From Ascidiella aspersa (lineage: Eukaryota): a stretch of DNA of 64,000 nt. The stretch is taken from the NCBI GenBank assembly GCA_963924565.1, contig OZ004615.1:7998001-8062000 (forward strand), in the 5' to 3' direction. This document shows positions 26,175-36,524 of this stretch, in pieces (position 1 is the stretch's first letter; every line of letters begins with the position of its first letter). Both the position numbers and the translations under genes were made by a program. The notes under the pieces are model-generated. The model ran no database searches. It saw only the letters and a program-made list of their open reading frames with translations, and had not been told where the DNA came from.

Positions 26175-28460
26175 CAGCAGGTTGCCATTGACGTTTTCCC
26201 TTCACAAGCGCTTCTTCAGATACTGCAGTCTTCTATCTGCTCTCCACTAACTTCAAGCTAGATCTCTATGGTTAAAAAAGGTACTAGTGTCCATTGATGT
26301 ACGGGATTTCTGTCTTCATTGACTTCAAAACTTCTCTGTCCTCCTTAAGAGTTGGGATTTACCAATTCCCAAGCCCTTGACCACATTTTTTAACTTTGGT
26401 GAATAAGCTCAAATTTTTGAATTCTGTTTTCTCGAATGTAACACTTTTGGCGAAAGACCGATAAAGGACCAGCCTAAATGAGATCGATCTCAAAATGGCT
26501 CTTTCGTTCTTTCAGTTGTATATGGGATATAGGCAGGGTTGCCATACCGTCCTTATTTATAAGATTTGTCCTTATTTTGAAGGGCCAGGTCTTAGAAAAC
26601 TTGAATGTCCTTATTTACAAGAAATGTCTTATTTTCGACTTACGTCCTTATTTTGTCTTATTTTCAACAACTACAGAACTTCGATTGTTTCCTGTGGTAA
26701 CCGGTTTGAATAATATTCTAAAATTATGCTTTTGCGCCGAGATTTTATGACATCATAAATAAAAAGGTACTTCTAAGTGGTGAGATAAGTAGGGCAGTGG
26801 TACAGCAGTTTTGGTGCTCTACCAGGATACAGCAGCTGACGACATGGGTGCAGTAAACAGCCGAACAAGGTTACTGCTGTGTAGGCTACAGAAGATTAGC
26901 GGCACGGGTAGCGTTTATTGCGAAGTGGTTGGTAATGGGGAAATGGGTGCATTGCAGTCAACACTTCGATTAAACAAGTAAAGCTATAAGCTGCGGTGAC
27001 CAACACTTCAATCGCGATCCACTTTTTCATCGCCACATTTCGCCGCGTTATGAGTCGGACTTTTAAAATAGCGTTCTTTAAGCAACATAAACAGGATTAG
27101 ACGGAAAAACAAACCACAAATCTTGATAAACTGCTGGAGCAAATTGTTTCTGCCAAAAGTATGGAATGTGATATGACACGGCTCGTATAAATACAATGCA
27201 TGTCCAAAAAAGTTAAAAGTTTTTAAATGCTAATTAATTTTTCGGTTGTCCTTATTTTTGGGTCCATGTCGATGGCAACCCTGGATATAGGTGTTTATTA
27301 ACAATTTGTTGGCTATCAACATTTGACCAGTCACTTTAAATGAGGTAAATGCTGCAATTGCTCTTCAGTTGGATAGTCATATGGACAAACTTAAATATGT
27401 TCCACGGACAATAAAAACGCACTTTGGGTGTTGAATGCACTTCATTTTTATATGGATGCCTTTCTATTAAAGAATTAATGTGCGCACGAAATCTGCACAC
27501 ACTTTGCTCTAACTCGAACGCAAAACAACGCCACGTTCCCTGTTGACCAACAGCTTTCCAAAAGTATTTTTTGTTCATGGTTGCTTGTTTAACAAATTCC
27601 ACCAGTTGCAGGAAATTTGCTTCTTAAACAGACTGCCTAAGGATGGCAGCTTCATGTTGCTTCCAAAGGTTCTGTAAACTGTATAGGGTAGCTAGGTAGC
27701 CTAGTTACTTTATAGCACGGCGATCAGCAGAATTTAGGTAACTGAAATTGCCTAAACGTTTTAAATCAAGGCCTTTTCGCAATGAGGTGGCAAAATGCTG
27801 CAAGTCATCTCGATCATCAGTTTTGGGCTTAGTCAACTGGTATGTTGCGAACAAATGCCCGTGATACAATTTACAGTTCACCAAAGCTATCATATAATAT
27901 GGATCGAGCGCTTTTGTATCCAGCAGTTAAGAGTGTGTGGCTTCCCTTTGCAATGGCCTAACAGATACTGTACAATTTCACCTGATAAGATGAGTCCCTT
28001 TTTCTCTATCATCGTTTAGAACTTCTGATAAATGGTCAAAATTTCTTTGAATCTCTACTAAGCTCGGTATCAATTTTGTGTGGTGCACATTGCTTCTCCC
28101 AACTGCAGTCATAATTTTGCGAACTACAGAATTACTCTCCCTTTGTGCCTCCTTCTTCCTCGTTTTAGCTTCATAATCATTTTTGTGCACGTGCATCAGG
28201 GTAGACTGAGGCAACACCGCAGTTTAAATGGAAAACGGACGTAATCTTCAGAGGCTTTTTTGAAACGTTTTTTAAACAGGGCTTTACGGGTACTAACATG
28301 CATTACGCCGAGTTCTTCTGCATACAGTAGTGTTGCTGTCTGCTTAAGTTTAACTTTTGCTTCTGCTTCTTTAAGTTCCCTTCGTACTGCAGTTTCCGGC
28401 TCTCGGCTTCAAGTTTCTGTTGTTAAGTTTATCCTACCTTCCAAGCATTGGCTTCCAGTA
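26175..28460 (-). mobile_element. decayed BEL/Pao LTR retrotransposon gag-pol fragment, interrupted by a hAT MITE
   Basis: Frameshifted peptides match BEL/Pao gag (RRELKEAEAKVKL; GYKSARSILYDSFG; DDRDDLQHFATSLRK..LGNFSYLNS; LVEFVKQA) and the post-protease region (EPF*DRSHLGWSFIG; EDREVLKSM..NGH; RLQYLKKRL). Many stops. Confidence 0.75.
26534..27283. mobile_element. hAT MITE inserted in the BEL relic
   Basis: TIR CAGGGTTGCCAT / ATGGCAACCCTG; TSD GATATAGG; TGTCCTTATTT subterminal repeats. Confidence 0.9.
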
Positions 28461-30023
28461 TCTTTGTAATATATATGAGGTCTTGACAAAGTTTTTGCGA
28501 CGAATCCCGAACGATGTATAAACTTCGAATAGTGTGAGCTTACACTAGCGGGTACATGTTTTGGTGCTGAATTGCTCGGAAAACAACAGGAAATGTTCAA
28601 AATGTCAAGGAACGTAAACTAAGATCCTGTTTAATTATCAATTAATTTTTGTTCAAACTGCTGAATTCTATTTTCTATTTCATCTTGCCATTAATGATTA
28701 TATCCAATTGTTTCTGGAAATCACCATCCGTTAGGTTAGGGTTTCTCAACCGTGGCCCCCCACGAAGCGGTTGTTGGGGGCCACGGGCATAACTCTCTAG
28801 CTGGTCGTAGTATTTCAAAAGTCAACTACTCAAGTGTCATTATTTTCAAAATTTGCCAGTTCCAAATTGGAATCGGATTCTGCCGTTTATATCGCAAACT
28901 GGAACCGAATAAATGTGTTCGTTTTATGGCGGAAGCTTACGCGTAATCGAAAATACGTGAGTGGCAAGTTTGGATTAACGCTGCATTTCGTTGTGGCGAA
29001 ACATTTACTGTGTCGCTTCGTGTAACCATGTAGTGCGGCGTTAGCGCTATTCTGGTTGACCAAATACTTTCCGATAATTATAACCTAAGCCTAATTATTA
29101 AGTATCCATCAAATGCTGTTGGGCGAGTACCTAACGTGTAACGCCAGGTGTGGAAATTTCGTTTTAAGTTGCAAAAGAAACATTTCATCGTAAACTTGCC
29201 CAAGCGCGCTACGGGTTAGTCCAGATCAACTTTAGGCCAGTATTCAGCGAGCTAATACGCCACAGCGTAATTGTGACGTAATAGTAACGCAATAATGACA
29301 GTGGTAGCTTTGTATTCTTTGCAGATTTTGATTGCCTATAATTAACATATCACAATGAACTAGAACTAGAGCACAATATTGTTTTGTGTTGCACATACTA
29401 TATAAGCAAAATATAAGTTTTGGCAACAGCCTCGTGTTTCTATCATGTTTTAGGTTTTGTTTAGTTTTTTTGTGTAGTTATGCACTCCAATTTAACCAAT
29501 TTATTTAAGTGGAAGTTGTTTAGAATCTTAATAATTTTAATTTAAATTTCGATTACAATATGTAAAACTTAAACGACTCGAACGACATGGCAAAATTAAG
29601 GTGTGCGATTTAAATAAGCAAGGCGGTTATCCGCGTGGTGACGCAAGAGTGCATCTCTGTAGTTTTATCTATGGATATTGTCGATGTACTCTGCTGAATT
29701 GTTTAGAAATCAGTTCTATTGCGTTGTACATTATTTACTGCGCTTCTGTTATTACAAAGTGAAAGTTACTTTCCTAAAAAAATTCCTATTCCGACCATCA
29801 GGTATCCCTTTTGGTTTTCCTGTCATGGCCTGTCAACCCGTCTTGGCATATCATTAGACCAACTTTAAAAGGGAAAAAACAACATTTATAAACAGCAAAA
29901 GCAATGTTTGATTGATTTTAAAACAGGCCTTGAAACCAATAAATAATATATATTGTTTTAATAAAAGCTTGAGAAGCGCACCGCTCCGAACAAAAATCAG
30001 TCAGCAAGGTGTAAAACTTTAAT

Positions 30024-30064
30024 ACAAATATGCATTTCGCCTATAAATGGCATCATCAGTTTGT
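30024..30064 (-). ncRNA. minimal type I hammerhead ribozyme (inverted arm copy)
   Basis: Exact reverse complement of 33325-33365. Confidence 0.85.
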
Positions 30065-30436
30065 CTGTACAAATAAATAGTAAAAAATTAAAATATTAAA
30101 ATATAAATGTAAAATAAATACATCCAAGATGAACAAAGACAAAGACAGTCTGCGTATAAACCCCAACCACTACTGTAAAACAAAAGCAAAAGGAGCATGC
30201 GATACGTGTAGCGGCCACAGAAAGCCACTGATAAAAACACGGCCCAGAGGGAAGCGGTATGAGAATCAGTGACGTAGCAAAACACGGTAGATAAGAAAAG
30301 GTGGAAAGGCAAAAACAACCTAAAACCACAGTTAGACAAGAAAACGGATATGACTCACATTCCGAAATGGAACGGCACAACGCAAAAACGAAAAAACAAA
30401 TCCGCAAAGATATATATAAAAATATATATAAAAAGG

Positions 30437-31326
30437 CTACCGAATTTGGGGCAATATCATTTTTTGAATGTTAATTGAGGCTCTGGTGAGTTTGAGCCAT
30501 TTAGCCTCACATTCATCGAGCTTGCTGGTGTCTGGCTCTTCAACGAAAATTACCGTAAAACATTCGGCAATATGCGGATGTTTCTTTAACTTCTCGCCAT
30601 GGTAGGTTGCGTAGTGGTGAAGCAGCGCTGCGTTGTCGTTTGTTGTTGCTGAGTTAAATGTATTCCAGGTCGTTCGGTGTGCGTTCCACCTAACAGAAAA
30701 CCTGTTCTTGGTTTGACCGACGTACTGGGCAGAGCAGATGTTGCACGTTGCCACGTAAATTCCGTGGTTTCTACAATTAAGGCTTTGCCGGAGCTCTATG
30801 GTCTTACCTGCAGCCTTAAGTTTACTCGATTCACCAACCATCCCTTTGTGTCCCCCATGGTGACCGCAGAGTGCGCATTTGCCGCACGGCGTTGACAAAC
30901 CGACTGCATTGCCAAAGGTGTGCGCAAGTTGTCGGTAGTTAGTAAGAAGGTTACCGAGTGTATGAGGCCTTTTGTATACTATTTTAACTCGTGGTTGAAG
31001 CGCCTTTTCTTTGTTTGAGAGCCTGAGTAGATGAGCGAATGGAGTAGCCCATGCGACAACACGGTCTTTCGTCTTTTCTTTAGTGTGTCGGAGTCTCTCG
31101 GTCCACGATTTAGCCTCATTAAGGTTGTAATCCGTGAGGCCAGCGGGAAAACAGGACTTCCTGCATTTCATCTTCAGTTGCTNNNNNNNNNNNNNNNNNN
31201 NNNNNNNNNNNNNNNNNNNNNNNNNNNNNNNNNNNNNNNNNNNNNNNNNNNNNNNNNNNNNNNNNNNNNNNNNNNNNNNNNNCCGATGGATATGAAAATG
31301 ATATCATCAATAAACCGCTTGAAGAT
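30437..31326 (-). pseudogene. inverted, more truncated copy of the Penelope-like ORF (from the FIDD motif to the stop; interrupted by the N gap)
   Basis: The 30437-31171 ORF translation is identical to the C-terminal 244 aa of the plus copy; 31283-31326 encodes IFKRFIDDIIFISI. Confidence 0.9.
31183..31282. other. assembly gap (100 N) inside the inverted arm
   Basis: The flanks map to 32207 and 31889 of the plus arm. Confidence 0.98.
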
Positions 31327-32952
31327 CTTGCATCTTGCCAATTAACGGATATCCCTACCCGCCTGCTTCAGTCTGCTGGAAACACCTACTGCTCCCGTTA
31401 TACAGCATTAATTGAAAATATCCTGAAGCCAATCAGTGTAGCATACTGCCGGAATATACTCAATGAATATTGCCAAGACAGTAAGCACTACATCACTGAG
31501 CTAATCAATTGGAAGAACGGCGTAGCAAAAGAAAGTCTAAAGGCGGAGGATATCTACATTGTGGCAGCAGATGTGGTAGCGCTTTATCCTAGCGTTAGCA
31601 GACAGCTCATAAGGCGTTCCCTAGCCCGCGCGTTAGAGCTACACTCTGGGTTAAACCCTGTGGGCTGTAAATGTCTCCTGGATTTTACACTGTTCACGAT
31701 GGACAATGTTATTGTCCAGTATGACGGGAGTTTTTATCGTCAGAAAGAGGGTATTATAACAGGCGACAATCATTCCGTCTCAATAGCCAACATTGCCATG
31801 CACTTCATCGTTGAATCGATCGCAGACACGTTAGGCACGGCTCAAATCTTCAAGCGGTTTATTGATGATATCATTTTCATATCCATCGGGGTCAATACCA
31901 CGCAAAGAATTAGATCTGCGCTTTTGTCGGCATTCTCCAACGAGGGACTGCAATTAACATTTCGGGTTTTTTGTTCGGATTACCCTAAATATGACGTTGA
32001 ATTTCTCGATGTGCTTCACGCTCACTCTAAGACGGCTTCACTAGGATTCACAACTCGGGACAACGTTAAGATCACAGCAAAAAATAGATGTTTTTTGCAT
32101 GGTTCCTCTTACCATCCATTGCATATTTACAAATCTATTGTGTTGGGTGAAGCAAGCCGCCTCAGGAGGCTTAATGAATCCGATGAGGACTACCACCGAA
32201 GTCTAGAGCAACTGAAGATGAAATGCAGGAAGTCCTGTTTTCCCGCTGGCCTCACGGATTACAACCTTAATGAGGCTAAATCGTGGACCGAGAGACTCCG
32301 ACACACTAAAGAAAAGACGAAAGACCGTGTTGTCGCATGGGCTACTCCATTCGCTCATCTACTCAGGCTCTCAAACAAAGAAAAGGCGCTTCAACCACGA
32401 GTTAAAATAGTATACAAAAGGCCTCATACACTCGGTAACCTTCTTACTAACTACCGACAACTTGCGCACACCTTTGGCAATGCAGTCGGTTTGTCAACGC
32501 CGTGCGGCAAATGCGCACTCTGCGGTCACCATGGGGGACACAAAGGGATGGTTGGTGAATCGAGTAAACTTAAGGCTGCAGGTAAGACCATAGAGCTCCG
32601 GCAAAGCCTTAATTGTAGAAACCACGGAATTTACGTGGCAACGTGCAACATCTGCTCTGCCCAGTACGTCGGTCAAACCAAGAACAGGTTTTCTGTTAGG
32701 TGGAACGCACACCGAACGACCTGGAATACATTTAACTCAGCAACAACAAACGACAACGCAGCGCTGCTTCACCACTACGCAACCTACCATGGCGAGAAGT
32801 TAAAGAAACATCCGCATATTGCCGAATGTTTTACGGTAATTTTCGTTGAAGAGCCAGACACCAGCAAGCTCGATGAATGTGAGGCTAAATGGCTCAAACT
32901 CACCAGAGCCTCAATTAACATTCAAAAAATGATATTGCCCCAAATTCGGTAG
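31327..32952 (+). CDS. Penelope-like RT + Cys-rich linker + GIY-YIG endonuclease ORF, 5'-truncated
   Basis: Frame is open from the junction at 31327 (LASCQLTDIPTRLLQSAG...), extending the 31561 ORF. RT motifs ADVVALYPS, YRQKEGIITGDNHSVSIANI, KRFIDDI, VEFLDV; thumb FLHGSSYHP..KSIVLGEASRLRR; CGKCALC..LNC linker; GIYVATC..C..YVGQT..R...H GIY-YIG. Confidence 0.93.
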   Translation, partial: LASCQLTDIPTRLLQSAGNTYCSRYTALIENILKPISVAYCRNILNEYCQDSKHYITELINWKNGVAKESLKAEDIYIVAADVVALYPSVSRQLIRRSLARALELHSGLNPVGCKCLLDFTLFTMDNVIVQYDGSFYRQKEGIITGDNHSVSIANIAMHFIVESIADTLGTAQIFKRFIDDIIFISIGVNTTQRIRSALLSAFSNEGLQLTFRVFCSDYPKYDVEFLDVLHAHSKTASLGFTTRDNVKITAKNRCFLHGSSYHPLHIYKSIVLGEASRLRRLNESDEDYHRSLEQLKMKCRKSCFPAGLTDYNLNEAKSWTERLRHTKEKTKDRVVAWATPFAHLLRLSNKEKALQPRVKIVYKRPHTLGNLLTNYRQLAHTFGNAVGLSTPCGKCALCGHHGGHKGMVGESSKLKAAGKTIELRQSLNCRNHGIYVATCNICSAQYVGQTKNRFSVRWNAHRTTWNTFNSATTNDNAALLHHYATYHGEKLKKHPHIAECFTVIFVEEPDTSKLDECEAKWLKLTRASINIQKMILPQIR

Positions 32953-33324
32953 CCTTTTTATATATATTTTTATATATATCTTTGCGGATTTGTTTTTTCG
33001 TTTTTGCGTTGTGCCGTTCCATTTCGGAATGTGAGTCATATCCGTTTTCTTGTCTAACTGTGGTTTTAGGTTGTTTTTGCCTTTCCACCTTTTCTTATCT
33101 ACCGTGTTTTGCTACGTCACTGATTCTCATACCGCTTCCCTCTGGGCCGTGTTTTTATCAGTGGCTTTCTGTGGCCGCTACACGTATCGCATGCTCCTTT
33201 TGCTTTTGTTTTACAGTAGTGGTTGGGGTTTATACGCAGACTGTCTTTGTCTTTGTTCATCTTGGATGTATTTATTTTACATTTATATTTTAATATTTTA
33301 ATTTTTTACTATTTATTTGTACAG

Positions 33325-33365
33325 ACAAACTGATGATGCCATTTATAGGCGAAATGCATATTTGT
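33325..33365 (+). ncRNA. minimal type I hammerhead ribozyme in the Penelope-like 3' region
   Basis: acaaa-CUGAUGA-u-gcc(auuuaua)ggc-GAAA-ugca-UA^-uuugu: 5-bp stem I, 3-bp stem II, palindromic AUGCAU stem/loop III typical of the minimal hammerheads of Penelope-like elements; predicted cleavage after 33360. Confidence 0.85.
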
Positions 33366-34768
33366 ATTAAAGTTTTACACCTTGCTGACTGATTTTTGTT
33401 CGGAGCGGTGCGCTTCTCAAGCTTTTATTAATAAATTTTAGAACTTTTATCGTCGGCATTATGTGTTCTGTTGGAGGGCCAGATTCTGTTGTTAATACAC
33501 ATACAAAGCATATATTGTTTTACTTTGAATATGTGGATGCAAAAATCATCCAATCTTGTATTTTCCTTGAATATGTTTTAAACAAGTGGCAACCAACTTA
33601 TCTTTGAATATTTGTTTTAAAATAAATAGAAAATACTATGAGTAGTAGAACGGCCTCATCGCCATCTTGAAATATATCAACAACAAATGATTTCGATTCT
33701 AGAGCAAAATGCAATTTCTGCTAAATTAGCCTATATTTAATGCACTTTGGGGGGGGGGGGGCAAAAGTGCCCTTTTCATGAAAAATAGTATATTGCTTTC
33801 ACAACGTTAAATATTATGCGACGGAAATTATAAAGGGGGTAGGGATTGAGCTACGGAAAAATGCAAAAAAAATTCGTAAAATGACATGCTTGACACTTGT
33901 TAAAACATTTTTGGTACCATTCTAAGCCAATCTAGAGGGCGTGGCCGCAAAAAATTTTCCGGGGGAATACCCCCGCATCCCCAATATTTCGGCTCGCTAC
34001 GCTCGCTTGCGGTCTATGTTGCCCTTAACAAAAAAGTCGCCCCCTTGCTCGCAATCGATCCGGCGTCCCTGCTTATTAGGCTTGTTATGCCTGTAATCAT
34101 GACCTGAAAAAAATACTCGATTTAGTTTTGGTCGATTGACGTAATACGAAAACAAAATGTCGGATAATTATTTTATGTATTTAAAAAACGTTTTCGGGTT
34201 TTCGCCTTAGTTAACAAGGATGTTTATTCTAAACAACACCAAACTATTTCCTTCACCTCCAACTAGCTATAGCCTATACTGCATAAGGAACGTAGCATTA
34301 CACCACGGAGACAAATGCTGTTGATTTACAGGTTGTAGCAAACCTTCGAGGAGCCAATATTTCTGCAAAGCAATTAATCTTTTTTAAATAACCCCGAGCA
34401 TTTTTCCAATCGACTTTTTGTGTTTGTAAAATTTAAGCGATGCAATTAAAACTAAATATTCTACCAAGACTGCTGTGATAAGTGATAGCATTGGTTTGGC
34501 GATAATAGAACATTTGTAAATTGAACTGTGTTATCATAAATTTGTGAATGTTAATACATTTGTCTATATATAAACTTTTCGATGTGCAATGTCGTTTGTC
34601 GTTTTTTACAGTTTGCGAATTGCAAAACGCGCACACCCAAAAACACCAGTTCTAGAGGGGCCGAAACAGTTTTCTAGTTTTTTAGATACCTCTGCATATT
34701 TTACTGAATGTTTATAAATATGTGGATGGTGGATAGCGTGTAAAGAGAATTCGAATGTTGTTTTAAAG

Positions 34769-35530
34769 TAGGGGTCGGCAACCTACGGCCCGCGGGCCAG
34801 ATCCGGCCCGTCTATGTAATTCATCCGGCCCGCCGCCTCTTTGACAAATTAGACAAATTAGAGTTCATTTCACATACTTTTTGACTATTTTAACTACGTA
34901 AGTTAGAAAAATATTCGCGCTTCGCGCGAATGATTTTTATACGTCCGGTTTGTTTACGTTTTCATGCTGTCTTTTCAACCAAATCAGCGCTTGTTTATTG
35001 TTGCGCCGTGCAAGGCTACCAAGTGCGTCTCGGAAAAATTGAAAACGTATTCAAAAATATTGCACATGTATATTTTAACATTTTTTTCTTTTTCTTTTTC
35101 GGCAATGTAATAGAAACTTTCAAGAAATTGAAAAGAAATGCCGATATACCCCCCAAAAAATCGCGCTCGCTTCGCTCGCCAAAAGCGTCCTGACTTAAAT
35201 AGCTTAACCAGACTTAGATAGATTAACTTGATATGTTATCGCGCTTCCCTCAAATAAGTCTTATTACACTTTTCATTAATAGTATGGATTATGACGTGTG
35301 AACTCGAATTTTAAACCAAACAAACGCTGTTTTTTGCGCTTTGCGCTTTACTGCCTGTTTAAACGTAGTTAAATACGTCTGAAAGTGCAAAAAATAATCC
35401 GAGGCCCGCCTGATTCACAGCTGTTCTCACATTTTAATAACACAATTCTTAGTTAACATTTTGTGCGGCCCGCAGAGACCTTTCTGAGTTTGCTTCTGGC
35501 TCGCGACTAGACAAAGGTTGCCGACCCCTG
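34769..35530. mobile_element. hAT (Buster/Charlie-type) MITE
   Basis: TIR TAGGGGTCGGCAACC / GGTTGCCGACCCCTG; TSD TTTTAAAG. Confidence 0.9.
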
Positions 35531-36412
35531 TTTTAAAGGCTACTCTGCCACACGTATGGCAGCAGCACCGCGCAATGTATAAAATCGCGCGACGCCAAGC
35601 AGAAAGAGAGCATTGCGCCGTCTTTTTCAACAATTATTATTATGCCGCACATAAATGGCTAAAAATATTAAACCACGTCGCAGAAGTTGAAGTGAATTTA
35701 CAAACATCCTGGTCACGGGATTTTAAATGATGGCAAGTTAACTGCTGATTATTTTTCGGGAAAATCATGTCAAGATACTGTGCCACAACGAACTAATCCT
35801 CTGCAGCTGACTTGAACCCAATTTGTCTGCTGAAAGGCCGTAAATGATTACGCGAAAAAGTTTACTTGGTTTTCACTTATTTGTGTACACTGTGTGCTCA
35901 TTTAAAAAACCGAAGGATAGATTGTTAAATCTGAATAAATCTAATAAAGGCAAAATCAACAAAAACTGTACCTTGACCTTGTGTGCGTTCGGCGTATTAA
36001 TTATATTTAGTTTAACTTCCCGTCTTGCTATTAAGATTGAAAACCATTATTGGATAGTTCAGACGAAATATGACATTTTTTAATAGATTTAACAGCTTCT
36101 TTAAAGTGAAAAAACATCGGTTTAAACCGCGCACACCCGATATATTTTGGCGGTCAACCACTATGCCGCAGTGCACTTAATCCAACCACGACGGTCGACG
36201 CGCAGTTTTGAAAGAGAAACTAAACATTGACGTTGAGAATGCGCTCCTTTTCTCCCACGAGCGACCACCCTGGCGGTTAGCGCCTTGCTCGTTATCTATT
36301 GTGTATCTTTCATTGCAGCTATATTCGATCCAGATGAGCGATTGGTGGGGTTAAATTCAAGAGCCAACCATCGTGGTTATTTTTGAAACCTCCCTAGCCC
36401 GCACAACGCACG

Positions 36413-36419
36413 TATAAAA
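36413..36419 (+). promoter_or_regulatory. TATA box of distal SDR-A promoter
   Basis: TATAAAA starting 53 nt upstream of the ATG of exon 1a; similar spacing at the proximal promoter. Confidence 0.55.
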
Positions 36420-36465
36420 CGATTGCCGTAACGCCCCTCGGGCAAGTCAAGTTAAAATCAGTGTC

Positions 36466-36524
36466 ATGAATAGCTTGGAAATTGTCTGGAACTTTTTAAG
36501 TCCGCTGCTGGAAGCATTATTCAG
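36466..36524 (+). CDS. alternative (distal) first coding exon 1a of SDR-A, N-terminal membrane anchor
   Basis: 59-nt ATG..AG|GTGAG exon encoding MNSLEIVWNFLSPLLEALF(R). Same length, phase and MN/W8/L14/E16 pattern as exon 1b (41410) and SDR-B exon 1 (51706); in frame with the exon at 42594. Confidence 0.78.

Larger units (their letters stand above)
29961..33509. mobile_element. Penelope-like retroelement insertion: minus-strand arm (29958-31326) head-to-head with plus-strand arm (31327-33509), 13-bp TSD
   Basis: 29958-31182 is the reverse complement of 32207-33431, and 31283-31326 is the reverse complement of 31846-31889. TSD ATATATTGTTTTA at 29948-29960 and 33510-33522. The uninterrupted target is present in a paralogous repeat near 47020-47040 (minus strand). 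Confidence 0.93.
29566..33748 (+). repeat. ~630-bp interspersed repeat (29566-29960 + 33510-33748) that hosts the Penelope-like insertion
   Basis: Collinear high similarity to 46794-47453 on the opposite strand once the insertion is removed. Confidence 0.85.

Noticed and set aside
32982-33301. Hydrophobic ORFs (and mirror ORFs 30088-30407)
   Set aside because: By-product of the T-rich 3' UTR of the Penelope-like element; non-ATG starts.
29958-33431. Inverted repeat as a pure assembly artefact
   Set aside because: The N gap raises suspicion, but the TSD, the empty-site paralogue, the gap-free arm junction and two other insertions with the same layout argue that it is real.
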